Positions 9,737 to 20,574 are shown, counted from the first letter of the stretch. The stretch is 64,000 nt of DNA from an uncultured Thermoleophilia bacterium (GCA_963702475.1 CAVPCT010000009.1:160001-224000), one strand, 5' to 3'. Notes: generated by a model not told the origin, from the letters alone. Translations and numbers: made by a program.

Positions 9737-11836
9737 ATGAAGTACACCAAGCTGCTGGAGCCGGGCTACATCGGCAAGGTGCGGACCCGCAACCGCATCT
9801 ACAAGACCGGCGCCGGCATGATGACCTTCCACGAGGACGAGCTCTCGATGAACGAGGATTCGCTCGGCTACTACGACGCCCTGGCCCGCGGCGGCGCGGG
9901 CGTCGTCACCGTCGAGGCGCCCACCATCGACTACCCGATGGGCGCGCGCTGGCGCGAGCGCTACCGCATGGACGACGACCGGTTCATCCCCGGGATGAAG
10001 GAGCTGGTGGACGTCATCCACAGCTACGGCGCCCCGGCGTTCATGCAGATGGAGCACGACGGGCCCTGGCAGTCGCCGCTCTTCGCCAACGCCCCGGCGA
10101 CCTTCGACGGACCGCCCATCGGCGCCTCAGCGATGAGCATCAACAGGATGGGCGACTTCCACCGCGACGTGATCCGCCCGCTCGCGGTGGCGGAGATCCA
10201 GGAGATCACGCGCAAGTACATCGACGGCGCGGAGCGCGCCCAGAAGGCCGGCTACGACGGCATCGACATCAACGCCGGCAGCAGCCACATCATCCACAAC
10301 TTCCTCTCGCCGTTCTGGAACAGGCGCACCGACGAGTACGGCGGCACGCAGCACAAGCGCGCCAAGCTGCTGCTCGACATCCTCACCGGCATCAAGGAGC
10401 GCTGCGGCTCCGACTTCCCGATCGTCGTCTGCCTCAACGGCTTCGAGGACGGCCACGCCATCGGCGCCGACCAGACGTTCACGCACGGCCAGGCCATCAT
10501 GACCATGCTGCTGGCCGAAGAGGCCGGCGCCGACGCCATCATGATCCGCAGCAGCTGGCTGGGCGTGCACGTGGCCGGGTTCCTGCCCGACTACCTGTTC
10601 TTCCCGGACGCGCAGGTGCCGCTCGACCAGATGCCGCCGCAGTACTACGCCAAGGAGCGCGGCCGCTCGGCCATGAAGCTGATGACCGACGAGGCCAGGA
10701 AGATCCTCTCCGTGCCGGTGATCCTGGTCGGCTACGTGACCCCGGACGACGGCGAGAAGCTGCTGGAGAAGGGCGCCGCCGACTTCATCGGCATGAACCG
10801 GCCGCTGATGTGCGATCCGAACCTGCCCAACAAGCTCGCCGCCGGTCACCCCGACGACGTCGCGCCCTGCACGCGCTGCGGCACCTGCCTCGACCAGAGC
10901 GAGCAGTTCCTGCGGCACTGCCGCCTGAACGCCGCACTCGGCTTCGGCTACCAGAACGTGCCGGCCCTCGAGGGGCCGCGCAAGAAGGTCGTCGTGGTGG
11001 GCGGCGGCCCGGCAGGCATGGAGGCCGCCCGCGTCGCGGCGCTGCGCGGCCACGACGTCACGCTCGTGGAGGCGGCGTCCCAGCTCGGCGGCCGCCTGCC
11101 GCTCGCCACGCTCATCAAGGGCAGCGACCTCGAGGACCTCCCCAACCTGATCCGCTACCTCAAGGGGCAGGTCAAGAAGAACGGCGTCAAGGTCATGCTC
11201 AACACCGAGGCGACGGCGGCGTCGATCAAGGCGATGGACGCCGACGTCGTGATCCTCGCGACCGGCGCCCAGCTCGCCGCGCCGGTCCTGCCGGGCACGC
11301 CGGGCGGCCAGAAGAAGGTCCTCACGACGCCCGAGCTCCACAAGCAGGTCAAGCCCTACCTGAAGACGCTCGGGCCCAAGGTGCTCGAGAAGGCGACGAA
11401 GTACCACCTGCCCATCGGCAAGAAGGTGGTCGTCGTCGGCGCCGGCCTGCACGGCATGGAGGTCGCCGAGTTCCTCGCCAAGCGCGGGCGCAAGGTGACC
11501 ATCGTCGAGCCGTCGGAGGTCATCGGCGAGGGCATGCTCGACTTCCGCCTCGGCCTGACCATGGACTGGCTGCCGTCAGTGGGCGTCGAGCTCGTGACCC
11601 GCGCAAGCGACCTCGAGGCCACCGACGCCGGCCTCGCCTACACCGACGCCGGCGGCGTGCGGCAGCTCATCCCCTGCGACACCATCCTGCCGACCGCGCC
11701 GCTCCAGCCCAACGACGAGCTGTACAAGGCGCTCGAGGGCGAGGTCCCCGAGCTGTTCCTCATCGGGGACGGCAAGGAGGCCGGCATGATCGTCCACGCG
11801 GTGCGCTCCGGCTACCAGACCGCCTGCGCGCTCTGA
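9737..11836 (+). CDS. NADH:flavin oxidoreductase (OYE barrel + 4Fe-4S + FAD; FadH/BaiCD/Fcr-type)
   Basis: [16 protein letters not shown]...CRLNA Fe-S motif, [12 protein letters not shown]. Confidence 0.9.
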   Translation: MKYTKLLEPGYIGKVRTRNRIYKTGAGMMTFHEDELSMNEDSLGYYDALARGGAGVVTVEAPTIDYPMGARWRERYRMDDDRFIPGMKELVDVIHSYGAPAFMQMEHDGPWQSPLFANAPATFDGPPIGASAMSINRMGDFHRDVIRPLAVAEIQEITRKYIDGAERAQKAGYDGIDINAGSSHIIHNFLSPFWNRRTDEYGGTQHKRAKLLLDILTGIKERCGSDFPIVVCLNGFEDGHAIGADQTFTHGQAIMTMLLAEEAGADAIMIRSSWLGVHVAGFLPDYLFFPDAQVPLDQMPPQYYAKERGRSAMKLMTDEARKILSVPVILVGYVTPDDGEKLLEKGAADFIGMNRPLMCDPNLPNKLAAGHPDDVAPCTRCGTCLDQSEQFLRHCRLNAALGFGYQNVPALEGPRKKVVVVGGGPAGMEAARVAALRGHDVTLVEAASQLGGRLPLATLIKGSDLEDLPNLIRYLKGQVKKNGVKVMLNTEATAASIKAMDADVVILATGAQLAAPVLPGTPGGQKKVLTTPELHKQVKPYLKTLGPKVLEKATKYHLPIGKKVVVVGAGLHGMEVAEFLAKRGRKVTIVEPSEVIGEGMLDFRLGLTMDWLPSVGVELVTRASDLEATDAGLAYTDAGGVRQLIPCDTILPTAPLQPNDELYKALEGEVPELFLIGDGKEAGMIVHAVRSGYQTACAL

Positions 11837-11881
11837 GCATCCCGACCTGACGAGACTCCCGAGAGAAGAGGACTGAGAGCC

Positions 11882-12559
11882 ATGTGTGACTCGAACTACG
11901 ACGCGCTGCTCAAGCGACTCGAGAAGGCCGAGCGCGACGCTGAGATCGCCCGCGACTGGGTGGAGATCAGCAACCTGCACGGCCGCTACAACCACTACGT
12001 GCTCGGCCACCACTGGGAGCGCATCGTCGACGAGCTGTTCGCGCACAACACCCCCGGCGTGAAGATCGAGGTCGTCGAGAGCGGCGTGTTCTACGGCATC
12101 GAGGGCGTGCGCAAGCTCTTCGTCGACATGCTCGGCAAGCTCTATGACTACCCGGGCAACTGCGCCATCCACGAGATCACCACGCCGGTCATCCAGGTCC
12201 AGCCCGACATGAAGACGGCCAAGGGCATGTGGTACCACGTGGGCTTCAACACGTTCGAGGACCCGGAGAAGGGCGTCGTCCCGATCTGGCAGGTCATCAA
12301 GTACAACCACGTGTTCGTCAAGGAAGACGGCCAGTGGAAGTGGCTCGAGTACGGCGCCCACCTGCTCATCCGCACCACCTACGAGAAGGCGTGGGTGGAC
12401 GAGCCGGTGATCATGGCGAGCCAGATCCAGGGCGCCGAGCCGTCCGACGCGCCTGTGCCGGACGAGCCGACCTCGTTCCACGAGCCGTACGGCGGCAGGA
12501 CCGGCGTGCACAGTGGCCTGCCGCTGCCCCCCGAGTACATCGACCTCGATATCCACTGA
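11882..12559 (+). CDS. NTF2/SnoaL-like protein (BaiE/LinA-like fold)
   Basis: EISNLHGRY, HEITTPVIQV...TAKGMW, YNHVFVKEDGQWKW. Confidence 0.75.
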   Translation: MCDSNYDALLKRLEKAERDAEIARDWVEISNLHGRYNHYVLGHHWERIVDELFAHNTPGVKIEVVESGVFYGIEGVRKLFVDMLGKLYDYPGNCAIHEITTPVIQVQPDMKTAKGMWYHVGFNTFEDPEKGVVPIWQVIKYNHVFVKEDGQWKWLEYGAHLLIRTTYEKAWVDEPVIMASQIQGAEPSDAPVPDEPTSFHEPYGGRTGVHSGLPLPPEYIDLDIH

Positions 12560-12593
12560 CCGACGTAGTCGGGTCAAGGCTGAAAGGAAGACC

Positions 12594-14084
12594 GTGGCAC
12601 TGAAGACACCCCAGGAGTTCATCGAGAGCCTGCGCGACGGCAGGGTCGTGTACTACGACGGGGAGCTGATTCCCGATGTCACCCAGCACCCCGTGCTGAA
12701 GATCACCAACGACTGGGTGGCGACCGACTACGTGCTCAGCAACGACCCGCGCTACCAGGACCTGCTCACCGACCTCGACGAGGACGGCGAGCGCGTGAGT
12801 TTCGCGCTGCAGCCGCAGCGCACGCCGGAGGACCTCTTGCGCCTGCGCGAGATCGTCAAGCTGTGGGCGCGCGTCTCGTTCGGCAAGCCGACCGGGGCCA
12901 AGTTCGTGGCCAAGGACGGCCTCAACGCCGTGACGACGATCGCGCCGCGCGTGGACCGCAAGTACGGCACCACCTACGCGGCGAACGTCGAGGCCTACCG
13001 CAGGCACCTCCAGAAGAACGACCTCGCCTTCGCCATGGGCCTCACCGACATCAAGGGCGACCGCAGCCTGCGCCCCTCGCAGCAGGTGCAGCACAAGGAC
13101 TTCTACGTGCGCATCGTGGAGGAGCGTGAGGACGGCATCATCGTGAGCGGCGCCAAGACGCACATCAGCCAGGCGCCGGCCTGCAACGAGGTCCTCATCG
13201 CGCCCTGCCGCGCCATGCAAGAGGACGACGCCGCGTACGCCGTCGCCTTCGGCATCGAGCTCAACACGCCGGGCATCACCATGATCTGCGCCCAGCCCGA
13301 GATCCACGCCCCGGTCTCGCTCTTCGACAACCCCGTGTCCGGCGCCGTCTACATCAACGACGCCACGATCGTCTTCGACAACGTGTTCATCCCCAACGAG
13401 CGCATCTTCCTCAAGGGCGAGTGGGAGTTCGCCGGCCAGGTCGCCTACATGTTCGCCAACTTCCACCGCCTGAGCGCCGAGACCTACAAGGCCATGGAGC
13501 TGGAGCTCTTCACCGGTGCCGCCGCCCTCATGGCCGACTACAACGGCATCATCAAGAAGGCGCACGTGCGCGAGAAGCTCACCTGGCTGGTGATGTACAC
13601 CGAGGCCGTCGAGACGCTCGGCAAGGCTGCCGTCGAGCATTGCCAGGCCGAGGAGGGCTCGGACCTCGTGTATCCGGATCCGATGACCGCCAACATCTGC
13701 AAGTTCTACTTCGCCGACAACTGGCACCAGGCGACCAAGTACATCCAGGACATCGGCGGCGGCATCATCGTCACGGCGCCGAGCTCCAAGGACTTCTACA
13801 ACCCCGCCACGCACGACCTGATGGAGAAGTACTTCGCCGGCAGGGACGGCGTGCCGACCGAGCACCGTCTGCGCATGGCCAAGCTGATCCGCGACCTCAC
13901 GTCGGCCTACGAGGACGTGCTGACCATCCACGCGGAGGGTTCGCTGGAGGCGCAGAAGATGTCCATCGGGCAGATGGCGGACTGGGGCCGGTATACGGCG
14001 GCGGCGAAGCGCGCCGCCGGCATCCCCGGCGCGGACAAGCACCCCATCTTCGCGGAGCTGCCCGCCTACCCGCCGGACCTCTGA
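12594..14084 (+). CDS. 4-hydroxybutyryl-CoA dehydratase/HpaB-family flavoprotein (AbfD-like, Fe-S cysteines absent)
   Basis: TDIKGDRSLRPSQQ, VRIVEEREDGIIVSGAKTH, FDNVFIPNERIFLKGE, QDIGGG, IHAEGSLEAQK. Confidence 0.85.
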   Translation: MALKTPQEFIESLRDGRVVYYDGELIPDVTQHPVLKITNDWVATDYVLSNDPRYQDLLTDLDEDGERVSFALQPQRTPEDLLRLREIVKLWARVSFGKPTGAKFVAKDGLNAVTTIAPRVDRKYGTTYAANVEAYRRHLQKNDLAFAMGLTDIKGDRSLRPSQQVQHKDFYVRIVEEREDGIIVSGAKTHISQAPACNEVLIAPCRAMQEDDAAYAVAFGIELNTPGITMICAQPEIHAPVSLFDNPVSGAVYINDATIVFDNVFIPNERIFLKGEWEFAGQVAYMFANFHRLSAETYKAMELELFTGAAALMADYNGIIKKAHVREKLTWLVMYTEAVETLGKAAVEHCQAEEGSDLVYPDPMTANICKFYFADNWHQATKYIQDIGGGIIVTAPSSKDFYNPATHDLMEKYFAGRDGVPTEHRLRMAKLIRDLTSAYEDVLTIHAEGSLEAQKMSIGQMADWGRYTAAAKRAAGIPGADKHPIFAELPAYPPDL

Positions 14085-14205
14085 GCCGGAGCGGGGAAGA
14101 GGGGAGACGCACACATGAGCGGAGGCGGTTCCGCGACGTCGAAGACCGCGGTGGACTGAGTGGCCGCCGATCGAGACCAGGGCCCGGGAGGCCGGCCGCG
14201 AGCTG

Positions 14206-16328
14206 GTGAACGCAGCGCTCGCGGCCGGCCGTACGGCCCTCACCGAGTGGGAGTCCAAGCAGCTCCTCGCGGCCTACGGCGTGCCCGTGCCCGAGGGCGA
14301 GCTGGTGACGAGTGAAGCCGAGGCGGCGGCCGCTGCGGCCCGCCTCGGCGGCCGTCTCGCGATGAAGGCCGTCGGGCCGGAGATCCTGCACAAGACGGAG
14401 GCCGGTCTGGTCGTGCTCGGCGTGTCCGGCGCGGACGAGGCCGTGGAGACGTTCCGCGGCCTCAGCGAGCGCGCCGGCGACAAGCTCGAGGGTGTACTGG
14501 TCGAGCGCATGGCCGGCGGTGACCGGGAGTTCCTCGCCGGCCTCGAGCGCGACCCGTCGTACGGGCCCGTGCTCGCCTTCGGCCTCGGCGGCGTGCTCAC
14601 CGAGGCCATCGGCGACGTGGCCTTCGGCCTGGCGCCGCTCGACGAGCGCGAGGCGCGCGCGCTGCCGGAGCAGCTCCGCGCGCGCCGCCTGCTCGGCGCG
14701 TTCCGCGGCGCCCCGCCGGTCGACCGCGCCGCGCTCGCTCAGGTGCTCGAGGCGCTCTCGGCCATCGCCGCCGACCTGCCCGAGGTCGCCGAGGTCGACG
14801 TGAACCCGCTGCTCGTCGACGGCGGCTCTCCCGTCGCCGTCGACGCGCTCGTGCTGCTCACGGCGGGGCCTGCGGCGGCGCCGCAGGCCCGTGCCGCCGC
14901 ACCCGACCTGGACGCCGTGTTCGCGCCGAAGTCCGTGGCCATCGTCGGCGCCTCCGACGACCTCGCCAAGTGGGGCGGCTCAGCTCTGCGCAACATCCTG
15001 CGCGGTGGCTACGCCGGCCGCGTCTACCCGGTGAACCCGCGGGCCTCGGTGCTCTTCGGCCTCCCGGCCTACCCGAGCGTCGACGAGCTCCCGGAGGAGC
15101 CCGACCTCGTGCTCGTCGTCGTCGGCGGTCACCAGGTCGTCGGCGTGCTGGAGGCCTGCGCCCGCCGGCACGCCCGCGCCGTCGTGGTCATCACTGCGGG
15201 CTTCGCCGAGACCGGCAAGCAAGGCGCGGAGGTGGAGCGCGAGCTCGCGCGCATCGCCGCCGAAGCGCACATGACCCTCATCGGCCCGAACTGCGTCGGC
15301 CTGGTCTCCAACGAGCGCGACCTGTTCATCACCGGCTTCATCGTGATGAGCCCGCCGCTCGCGAACGTGAGCCTCATCTCCCAGTCGGGGAGCATGGGCC
15401 CCGTCGTCGTCGCGACGTGCGAGCAGCGCGGCATCGGCCTGGACAAGTTCCTCAGCGTGGGCAACGAGGCCGCGGTGAGCGCCGTGGACGTGCTCGACTA
15501 CCTGCGGGAGGACCCCGGCACCAAGTGCGCCATGATGTACCTGGAGGGCGTCACGCGACGGGCGGCACTTTTTCGACGTGGCGAAGCGCACGACGCGCGA
15601 GAAGCCCGTCGTCGTGCTCCGTGGCGGACGCACGGAGGCCGGCAGCCAGGCGGCGGCGTCGCACACGGCGGCTCTCGCCGGCTCGGGCGCCGTGTTCGAG
15701 GCGGCCGCCCGCCAGGCCGGCGTCGTCACGTGCACCACGCCGGACGAGCTCGTGGACGTCACCGCCTGCCTCGCGTACCTACCGCTGCCGAAGGGCCGCT
15801 GCGTCGCCGTGGTGACGAACGGCGGCGGCCCGGGCGTGCTGGCCGCCGACGAGGTCGCCCTCAACAACCTGACGCTTGCCGAGCTCCCGGACGGGCTCAT
15901 CGCCGAGCTCGACAAGCTGTTCCCGCCGTTCTGGAGCCGTCGCAACCCGCTCGACCTGGTGGCGGCCGGCTTCGGTGACGAGGGCCTGCGCTGCCTCGAG
16001 CTGCTCGCCGAGTGCGACGCCGTCGACGCCATCCTCGCCGTCACCTTCGTCGGCGTGCCCGCCCTGCGCGAGGAGAGCGAGGACAACCGCACGCACGGCC
16101 AGTATCACGGCTTCTCCGCGCGTGAGGAGCAGTACCTGGAGCGCGTCGTCGACCCTCATGGACCAGACCGGCAAGCCCATCGTCAATGTCCCCGATCACC
16201 CGGTCCGCGGCACGATCCTCGACTTCGGCGACACCTACGCCCCCGTCATCCTGAACTCACCGCAGGCCGCTGCCCGCGCCCTCGACAAGATGGCGTGCTA
16301 CGCGGAGTACCTGCGCGCGCAGGACTGA
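14206..16328 (+). CDS. ADP-forming acyl-CoA synthetase (ATP-grasp + CoA-binding fusion), frameshifted near 15553 and 16153
   Basis: LHKTEAGLV, EVDVNPL, VAIVGAS, IGPNCVG, SQSGS, ASHTAALAG, TNGGGPGVLAAD, NPLDL. Confidence 0.85.
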
Positions 16329-16363
16329 CGCACCCCGACCCGTCCCAGCAGGAGGGCCTCAAC

Positions 16364-17188
16364 GTGAACCCCATCATCACCGCAGCGCTGAACGGCCCCA
16401 TCGCCACGCGCGCGAACAACCCCAACCTGCCGGAGACGCCCGAGGACATCGCCACCAGCGCCAGGGGCGCCTACGAGGCCGGCGCCGCCGTCATCCACGT
16501 CCACCTGCGCGACGAGCAGGGCGGCTTCACCACCGACCTCGACGTGGCCAAGCGCACGGTCGAGCTGATCCGCGAGGCCTGCCCCGGCATCGTCCAGCTC
16601 TCCACCGGCGGGATGTTCGACTACGCCGACCGCATGCGCATCGTGGAGGCGAAGCCCGCCATGGCGACGCTGAACCCGTGCACCATGTCGTTCGCCGACG
16701 CCGAGTTCCGCAATCCGCCGAAGCAGATGCGGCAGATGGCGGCGCGCATGATCGAGTTGGGCGTGAAGCCCGAGGTGGAGCTCTACGATGTCGGCCACCT
16801 CGGCGTGATGCTCGACCTCGTGAACGAAGGCCTGCTGCTCGAGCCGTTGCAGGTGTCGTTCGTCATGGGCGTCAAAGGCGGCATGCCGGGCGACCCGCAA
16901 ATCCTCTCGTGGCTCGTGAAGAACCTGCCCGAGGGCACGAGCTGGCAGGTGATCGCCATCGCCAAGGCAAACCTGCCGATGACGTCTATCGGCCTCGCCA
17001 TGGGCGGCAACGCGCGCACGGGCATGGAGGATACGCTCATGGTGGCCTCGCACGTGCTCGCCGACTCCAACGCGCAGCTCGTGGAGCGCCTCATGAACAT
17101 CGCCCGCTCCATGCAGCGCGAGCCCGCCAAGGTCGACGAGGTCATCGAGCGGCTGAAGCTCAGCCCGGAGCTGATCGGACCGGGGTGA
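16364..17188 (+). CDS. Beta-keto acid cleavage enzyme (BKACE/Kce family)
   Basis: IITAALNG, NPNLPETPEDIA, AGAAVIHVHLRD, QLSTGG, GGNARTGMED, SNAQLVER. Confidence 0.9.
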   Translation: MNPIITAALNGPIATRANNPNLPETPEDIATSARGAYEAGAAVIHVHLRDEQGGFTTDLDVAKRTVELIREACPGIVQLSTGGMFDYADRMRIVEAKPAMATLNPCTMSFADAEFRNPPKQMRQMAARMIELGVKPEVELYDVGHLGVMLDLVNEGLLLEPLQVSFVMGVKGGMPGDPQILSWLVKNLPEGTSWQVIAIAKANLPMTSIGLAMGGNARTGMEDTLMVASHVLADSNAQLVERLMNIARSMQREPAKVDEVIERLKLSPELIGPG

Positions 17189-17433
17189 GGGCGCTGCAGC
17201 CGGCGCTCGACCCGCCGTCGGCGCCGAGAGCAGTGCCTTCCTCGGCCCTCTCACTTCGTTGTATTTTGCACCAAAGCGTGAGGACCGGAAAGGGAGATAG
17301 GTCCCGGCAGGGGATGACGTTGGCGACCGCAGCGGGTTGATGATGGATGGCGAGCGTGGTGACGGCCGTCGTGGAGACCGGCGTGGCGACAGACCTGACG
17401 CGCGGCACCAGCTCGCCGTGAGCCTCCTTCCCG

Positions 17434-20403
17434 ATGCCTGACGTCGTTCCCGCGCACCTCAAGCTGCGCGCCGTCCTGTACGGCCTCGGCACGCTGCTGC
17501 GCGTGCGCGCGGCGGCCGACGCCGGCTTCCGCGCGCTGCTGGCGCGCCGGGACGCCGTCTTCCAGATCCGCCTGGCGGACGGCTCGGAGGCGCGCTGGTT
17601 CGCCGTCCGCGGCGGGCAGGTGACGTCCAAGGGCGGCGTGCACTCACGTCCTGACGCCGCCCTCGTGTTCGGTACGCCGCACGCCGCCCTGACGATGCTC
17701 AGCCTCAAGCCCGACTACCTCGGGCGCATCGAGGCGGCCAAGAACTTCCAGCTCGCCATGGAGGGTGACGACGACGTTGTCGGCTGGATGCTTGAGGTGC
17801 TCGCGCGCGCCGCCGGGGGCGAGCCCGAGTACGGGCTCGACCTCGGCGGCGGCGTGCGCCGCTACACCAACAACACCAACGGCGGGCCCGTGCACGTGGA
17901 CGTCAAGCACGGGCGCATCCTGCGCGTCACGCCCATCGAGTTCAGCGACGAGGACGCGCCGTCCTGGTCGATCACTGCGCGCGGCCGGCGCTTCGCCCCG
18001 CCGCGCAAGACGAGCCTCGCACCTCACGCGCTCTCGGCGCGGTCGACCGTGTACTCGCCCGACCGCCTGCTGTACCCGCTGAGGCGCGTCGACTTCGACC
18101 CGCACGGCGACCGGCACCCGGAGACCCGCGGCGTGGCCGAGTACGAGCGCATCAGCTGGGACGAGGCACTCGACCTCGTGGCCGGCGAGCTGATGCGCGT
18201 GCGCCGCGAGCACGGCCCGGGCTCCGTCTTCACGGCGCACGGCTCGCATCACACCTGGGGCACGCTCGGCTATTTCCTGAGCGCTCACCGGCGGTTCTTC
18301 AACACCGTCGGCTCGACGCGGATGCTGCACAACCCGGACAGCTGGGAGGGCTGGGCCTGGGGCGCCGAGCACCACTGGGGCCACAGCATGCGCGCCGGCG
18401 GGGGAGAGTTCTACGGCACGGTGGAGGACCTGCTGCGCGAGTGCGAGCTGGTCGTGTTCTGGGCGAGCGACCCGGAGGCGACCACCGGCATCTACGCCGG
18501 CATGGAGGGCACCGCCCGCCGGCGCTGGCTGCAGGAGCTCGGGATTCCCTGCGTACACATCGACCCGTTCCTGAACCACACGGCCTCGTGGCTCGGCGGC
18601 ACGTGGCTGGCGCCGCGACCGACGACGAGCGTCGCGCTGGCGCACGCGATCGCCTGGGTGTGGCTGACGGAGGGCCTGTACGACGAGCAGTACGTCGCGG
18701 AGCGCACCACAGGCTTCGAGGCGTGGCGCGACTACCTGCTGGGCGCGGACGACGGCGTGCCCAAGACGCCGGAGTGGCAGGAGCCGGAGACCGGCGTCCC
18801 CGCGCGCAAGGTCCGCGCCCTGGCGCGCGAGTGGGCGACGAAGAAGACGTACCTGGCGGTCGGCGGCCCCGGCAACACGTTCGGCGGCGCCTGCCGCTCG
18901 GCCACGGGCATCGAGTGGGCGCGCTCGATGGTCTATCTCATGGCGATGCGCGGGCTCGGCAAGCCGGGCGTCAACTTCGGCAACCTGCAGTTCGGCGCGC
19001 CGCTCGACACCACGTTCTACTTCCCCGGCTACGGTGAGGGCGGCCTCTCCGGCGACCTCGAGGGCACCATGATGTCCGCGCACCTGTACCAGCGCGTGCC
19101 CCAGCTCCCGACGATGAACCCGGTGGGGCAGAGCATCCCGCGCCTGCGGATCCCGGAGGCCCTGCTGGACGGGCGGGCCGAGGGCTACGCCTTCAGCCCG
19201 CCCACGGTGCAGGGCCAGTTCCGCCGCACCGTGTACCCGGAGCCCGGCTACTCGCAGGTGCGGCTGTACTACAAGTACGGCGGCTCGTTCTTCGGAACGA
19301 TGACAGAGACGAACCGGTACGTGCGCGCCTACCGGGCTCCGGATCTGGAGTTCGTCGTCAACCAGTCGATCTGGTTCGAGGGCGAGGCCCGGTTCGCCGA
19401 CGTGGTCCTGCCGGCGTGCACGAACTACGAGCGCTGGGACATCAGCGAATGGGCCAACTCGAGCGGCATCCTCGTGAACGGCATGACGCAGTGCAACCAC
19501 CGCGTGATCGTGCTGCAGCACAAGTGCATCGAGCCGCTCGGTGAGTCACGCTCGGACTGGAGCATCTTCGCGGCGCTGGCGGCGCGGATGGGGCTGGCGG
19601 CGCCGTTTGCCGAGGGGAGCAACGAGCTGGAGTGGGTGCGTCGGACCTTCGAGGGCAGCGACCTGCCGAAGGCTGTCTCGTGGCGCGAGTTCCTCAAGAA
19701 GGGGTACTACGTGGTGCCGCCGCCGGCTGAAGGGACGCCGAAGCCGGTGGCCTACCGCTGGTTCGCCGAGGGCCGCCCGAAGGACACGCCCGACCTGCAG
19801 CCGCTGCCGGGCGACTACGCCGGGAAGTTCGGCGAGGGCCTGCAGACGCAGTCCGGCAAGATCGAGTTCGTCTCGTCCAGCCTGACCCGCTTCGACCCTC
19901 ACGACCTGGAGCGGCCTCCGCTGGGCCGGTATCATCCCTCCTGGGAGGGACCGGCCCAGACCGAGCTGGCTGCGAAGTACCCGCTCCAGTTGATCTCGCC
20001 GCACCCGCGCTTCAGTCATCACACGCTCGACGACGGCAAGGACAGCTTCGTCAACGACGTGGTTGACCACCGCGTGCTGGTCGACGGCCGTTACTACTGG
20101 ATCGCGCGGCTCAATCCGCAGGACGCCGCCGCGCGGGGTATCGCCGACGGCGACCTCGTCCGGCTCTTCAACGACCGCGGCGCCGTGGTGTGCGCCGCCC
20201 GGCTCACGGAGCGCGTGCGGCCGGGCGTCGTGCACTCCTACGAGTCGTCCGCGGTGTACGAACCGTCCGGCGAGCCCGGCGCGTCCGCCGACCTGGGCGG
20301 CTGCGTGAACATCCTGACGCCCAGCCGTCCCATCGCCGCCAAGACGCACAGCATGGCGCCGAACTCGTGCCTGATCGAGGTGGAGGCCTGGGACAAGGCG
20401 TAA
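17434..20403 (+). CDS. Molybdopterin oxidoreductase similar to the pyrogallol-phloroglucinol transhydroxylase large subunit, with ~140-aa N-terminal SCP2-like extension
   Basis: TNNTNGGPVHVDVKHGRILRVTP, SHHTWG, HNPDSWEGW (Ser Mo ligand), HPRFSHHT and a C-terminal Mo-bisPGD binding domain. Confidence 0.85.
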   Translation: MPDVVPAHLKLRAVLYGLGTLLRVRAAADAGFRALLARRDAVFQIRLADGSEARWFAVRGGQVTSKGGVHSRPDAALVFGTPHAALTMLSLKPDYLGRIEAAKNFQLAMEGDDDVVGWMLEVLARAAGGEPEYGLDLGGGVRRYTNNTNGGPVHVDVKHGRILRVTPIEFSDEDAPSWSITARGRRFAPPRKTSLAPHALSARSTVYSPDRLLYPLRRVDFDPHGDRHPETRGVAEYERISWDEALDLVAGELMRVRREHGPGSVFTAHGSHHTWGTLGYFLSAHRRFFNTVGSTRMLHNPDSWEGWAWGAEHHWGHSMRAGGGEFYGTVEDLLRECELVVFWASDPEATTGIYAGMEGTARRRWLQELGIPCVHIDPFLNHTASWLGGTWLAPRPTTSVALAHAIAWVWLTEGLYDEQYVAERTTGFEAWRDYLLGADDGVPKTPEWQEPETGVPARKVRALAREWATKKTYLAVGGPGNTFGGACRSATGIEWARSMVYLMAMRGLGKPGVNFGNLQFGAPLDTTFYFPGYGEGGLSGDLEGTMMSAHLYQRVPQLPTMNPVGQSIPRLRIPEALLDGRAEGYAFSPPTVQGQFRRTVYPEPGYSQVRLYYKYGGSFFGTMTETNRYVRAYRAPDLEFVVNQSIWFEGEARFADVVLPACTNYERWDISEWANSSGILVNGMTQCNHRVIVLQHKCIEPLGESRSDWSIFAALAARMGLAAPFAEGSNELEWVRRTFEGSDLPKAVSWREFLKKGYYVVPPPAEGTPKPVAYRWFAEGRPKDTPDLQPLPGDYAGKFGEGLQTQSGKIEFVSSSLTRFDPHDLERPPLGRYHPSWEGPAQTELAAKYPLQLISPHPRFSHHTLDDGKDSFVNDVVDHRVLVDGRYYWIARLNPQDAAARGIADGDLVRLFNDRGAVVCAARLTERVRPGVVHSYESSAVYEPSGEPGASADLGGCVNILTPSRPIAAKTHSMAPNSCLIEVEAWDKA

Positions 20404-20496
20404 CGGCGTCCCCATGGAACGCCGCTTCGGCCTGTGCTAGAACGGGGTGGGTTCGGTGGCGGGGACCGAACGGACCAGCGGGCCAGGAGGGGACCG

Positions 20497-20574
20497 ATGG
20501 ACTACCGGATCATCATTTTCATGCACCTGCAGCGCATCCTCAGCTTTCTCGGCGGGTACTTCCCCTACTACTGA
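20497..20574 (+). CDS. Putative 25-aa small protein MDYRIIIFMHLQRILSFLGGYFPYY
   Basis: Strong RBS (AGGAGG) shortly before the ATG; TG-n-TAGAAC extended -10-like element near 20435; fills an intergenic gap. Confidence 0.5.
   Translation: MDYRIIIFMHLQRILSFLGGYFPYY

Noticed and set aside
12594-14084. Calling this abfD or hpaB
   Set aside because: It lacks the AbfD Fe-S cysteines and has no flavin reductase partner; function left open.
17255-17433. Possible Moco riboswitch or upstream peptide (MMDGERGDGRRGDRRGD...) before the molybdoenzyme
   Set aside because: Only a short GGACC/GGTCC stem is visible and I cannot match the conserved motif; the short ORF may be a frameshifted N-terminus. An Rfam/Infernal scan would be needed.
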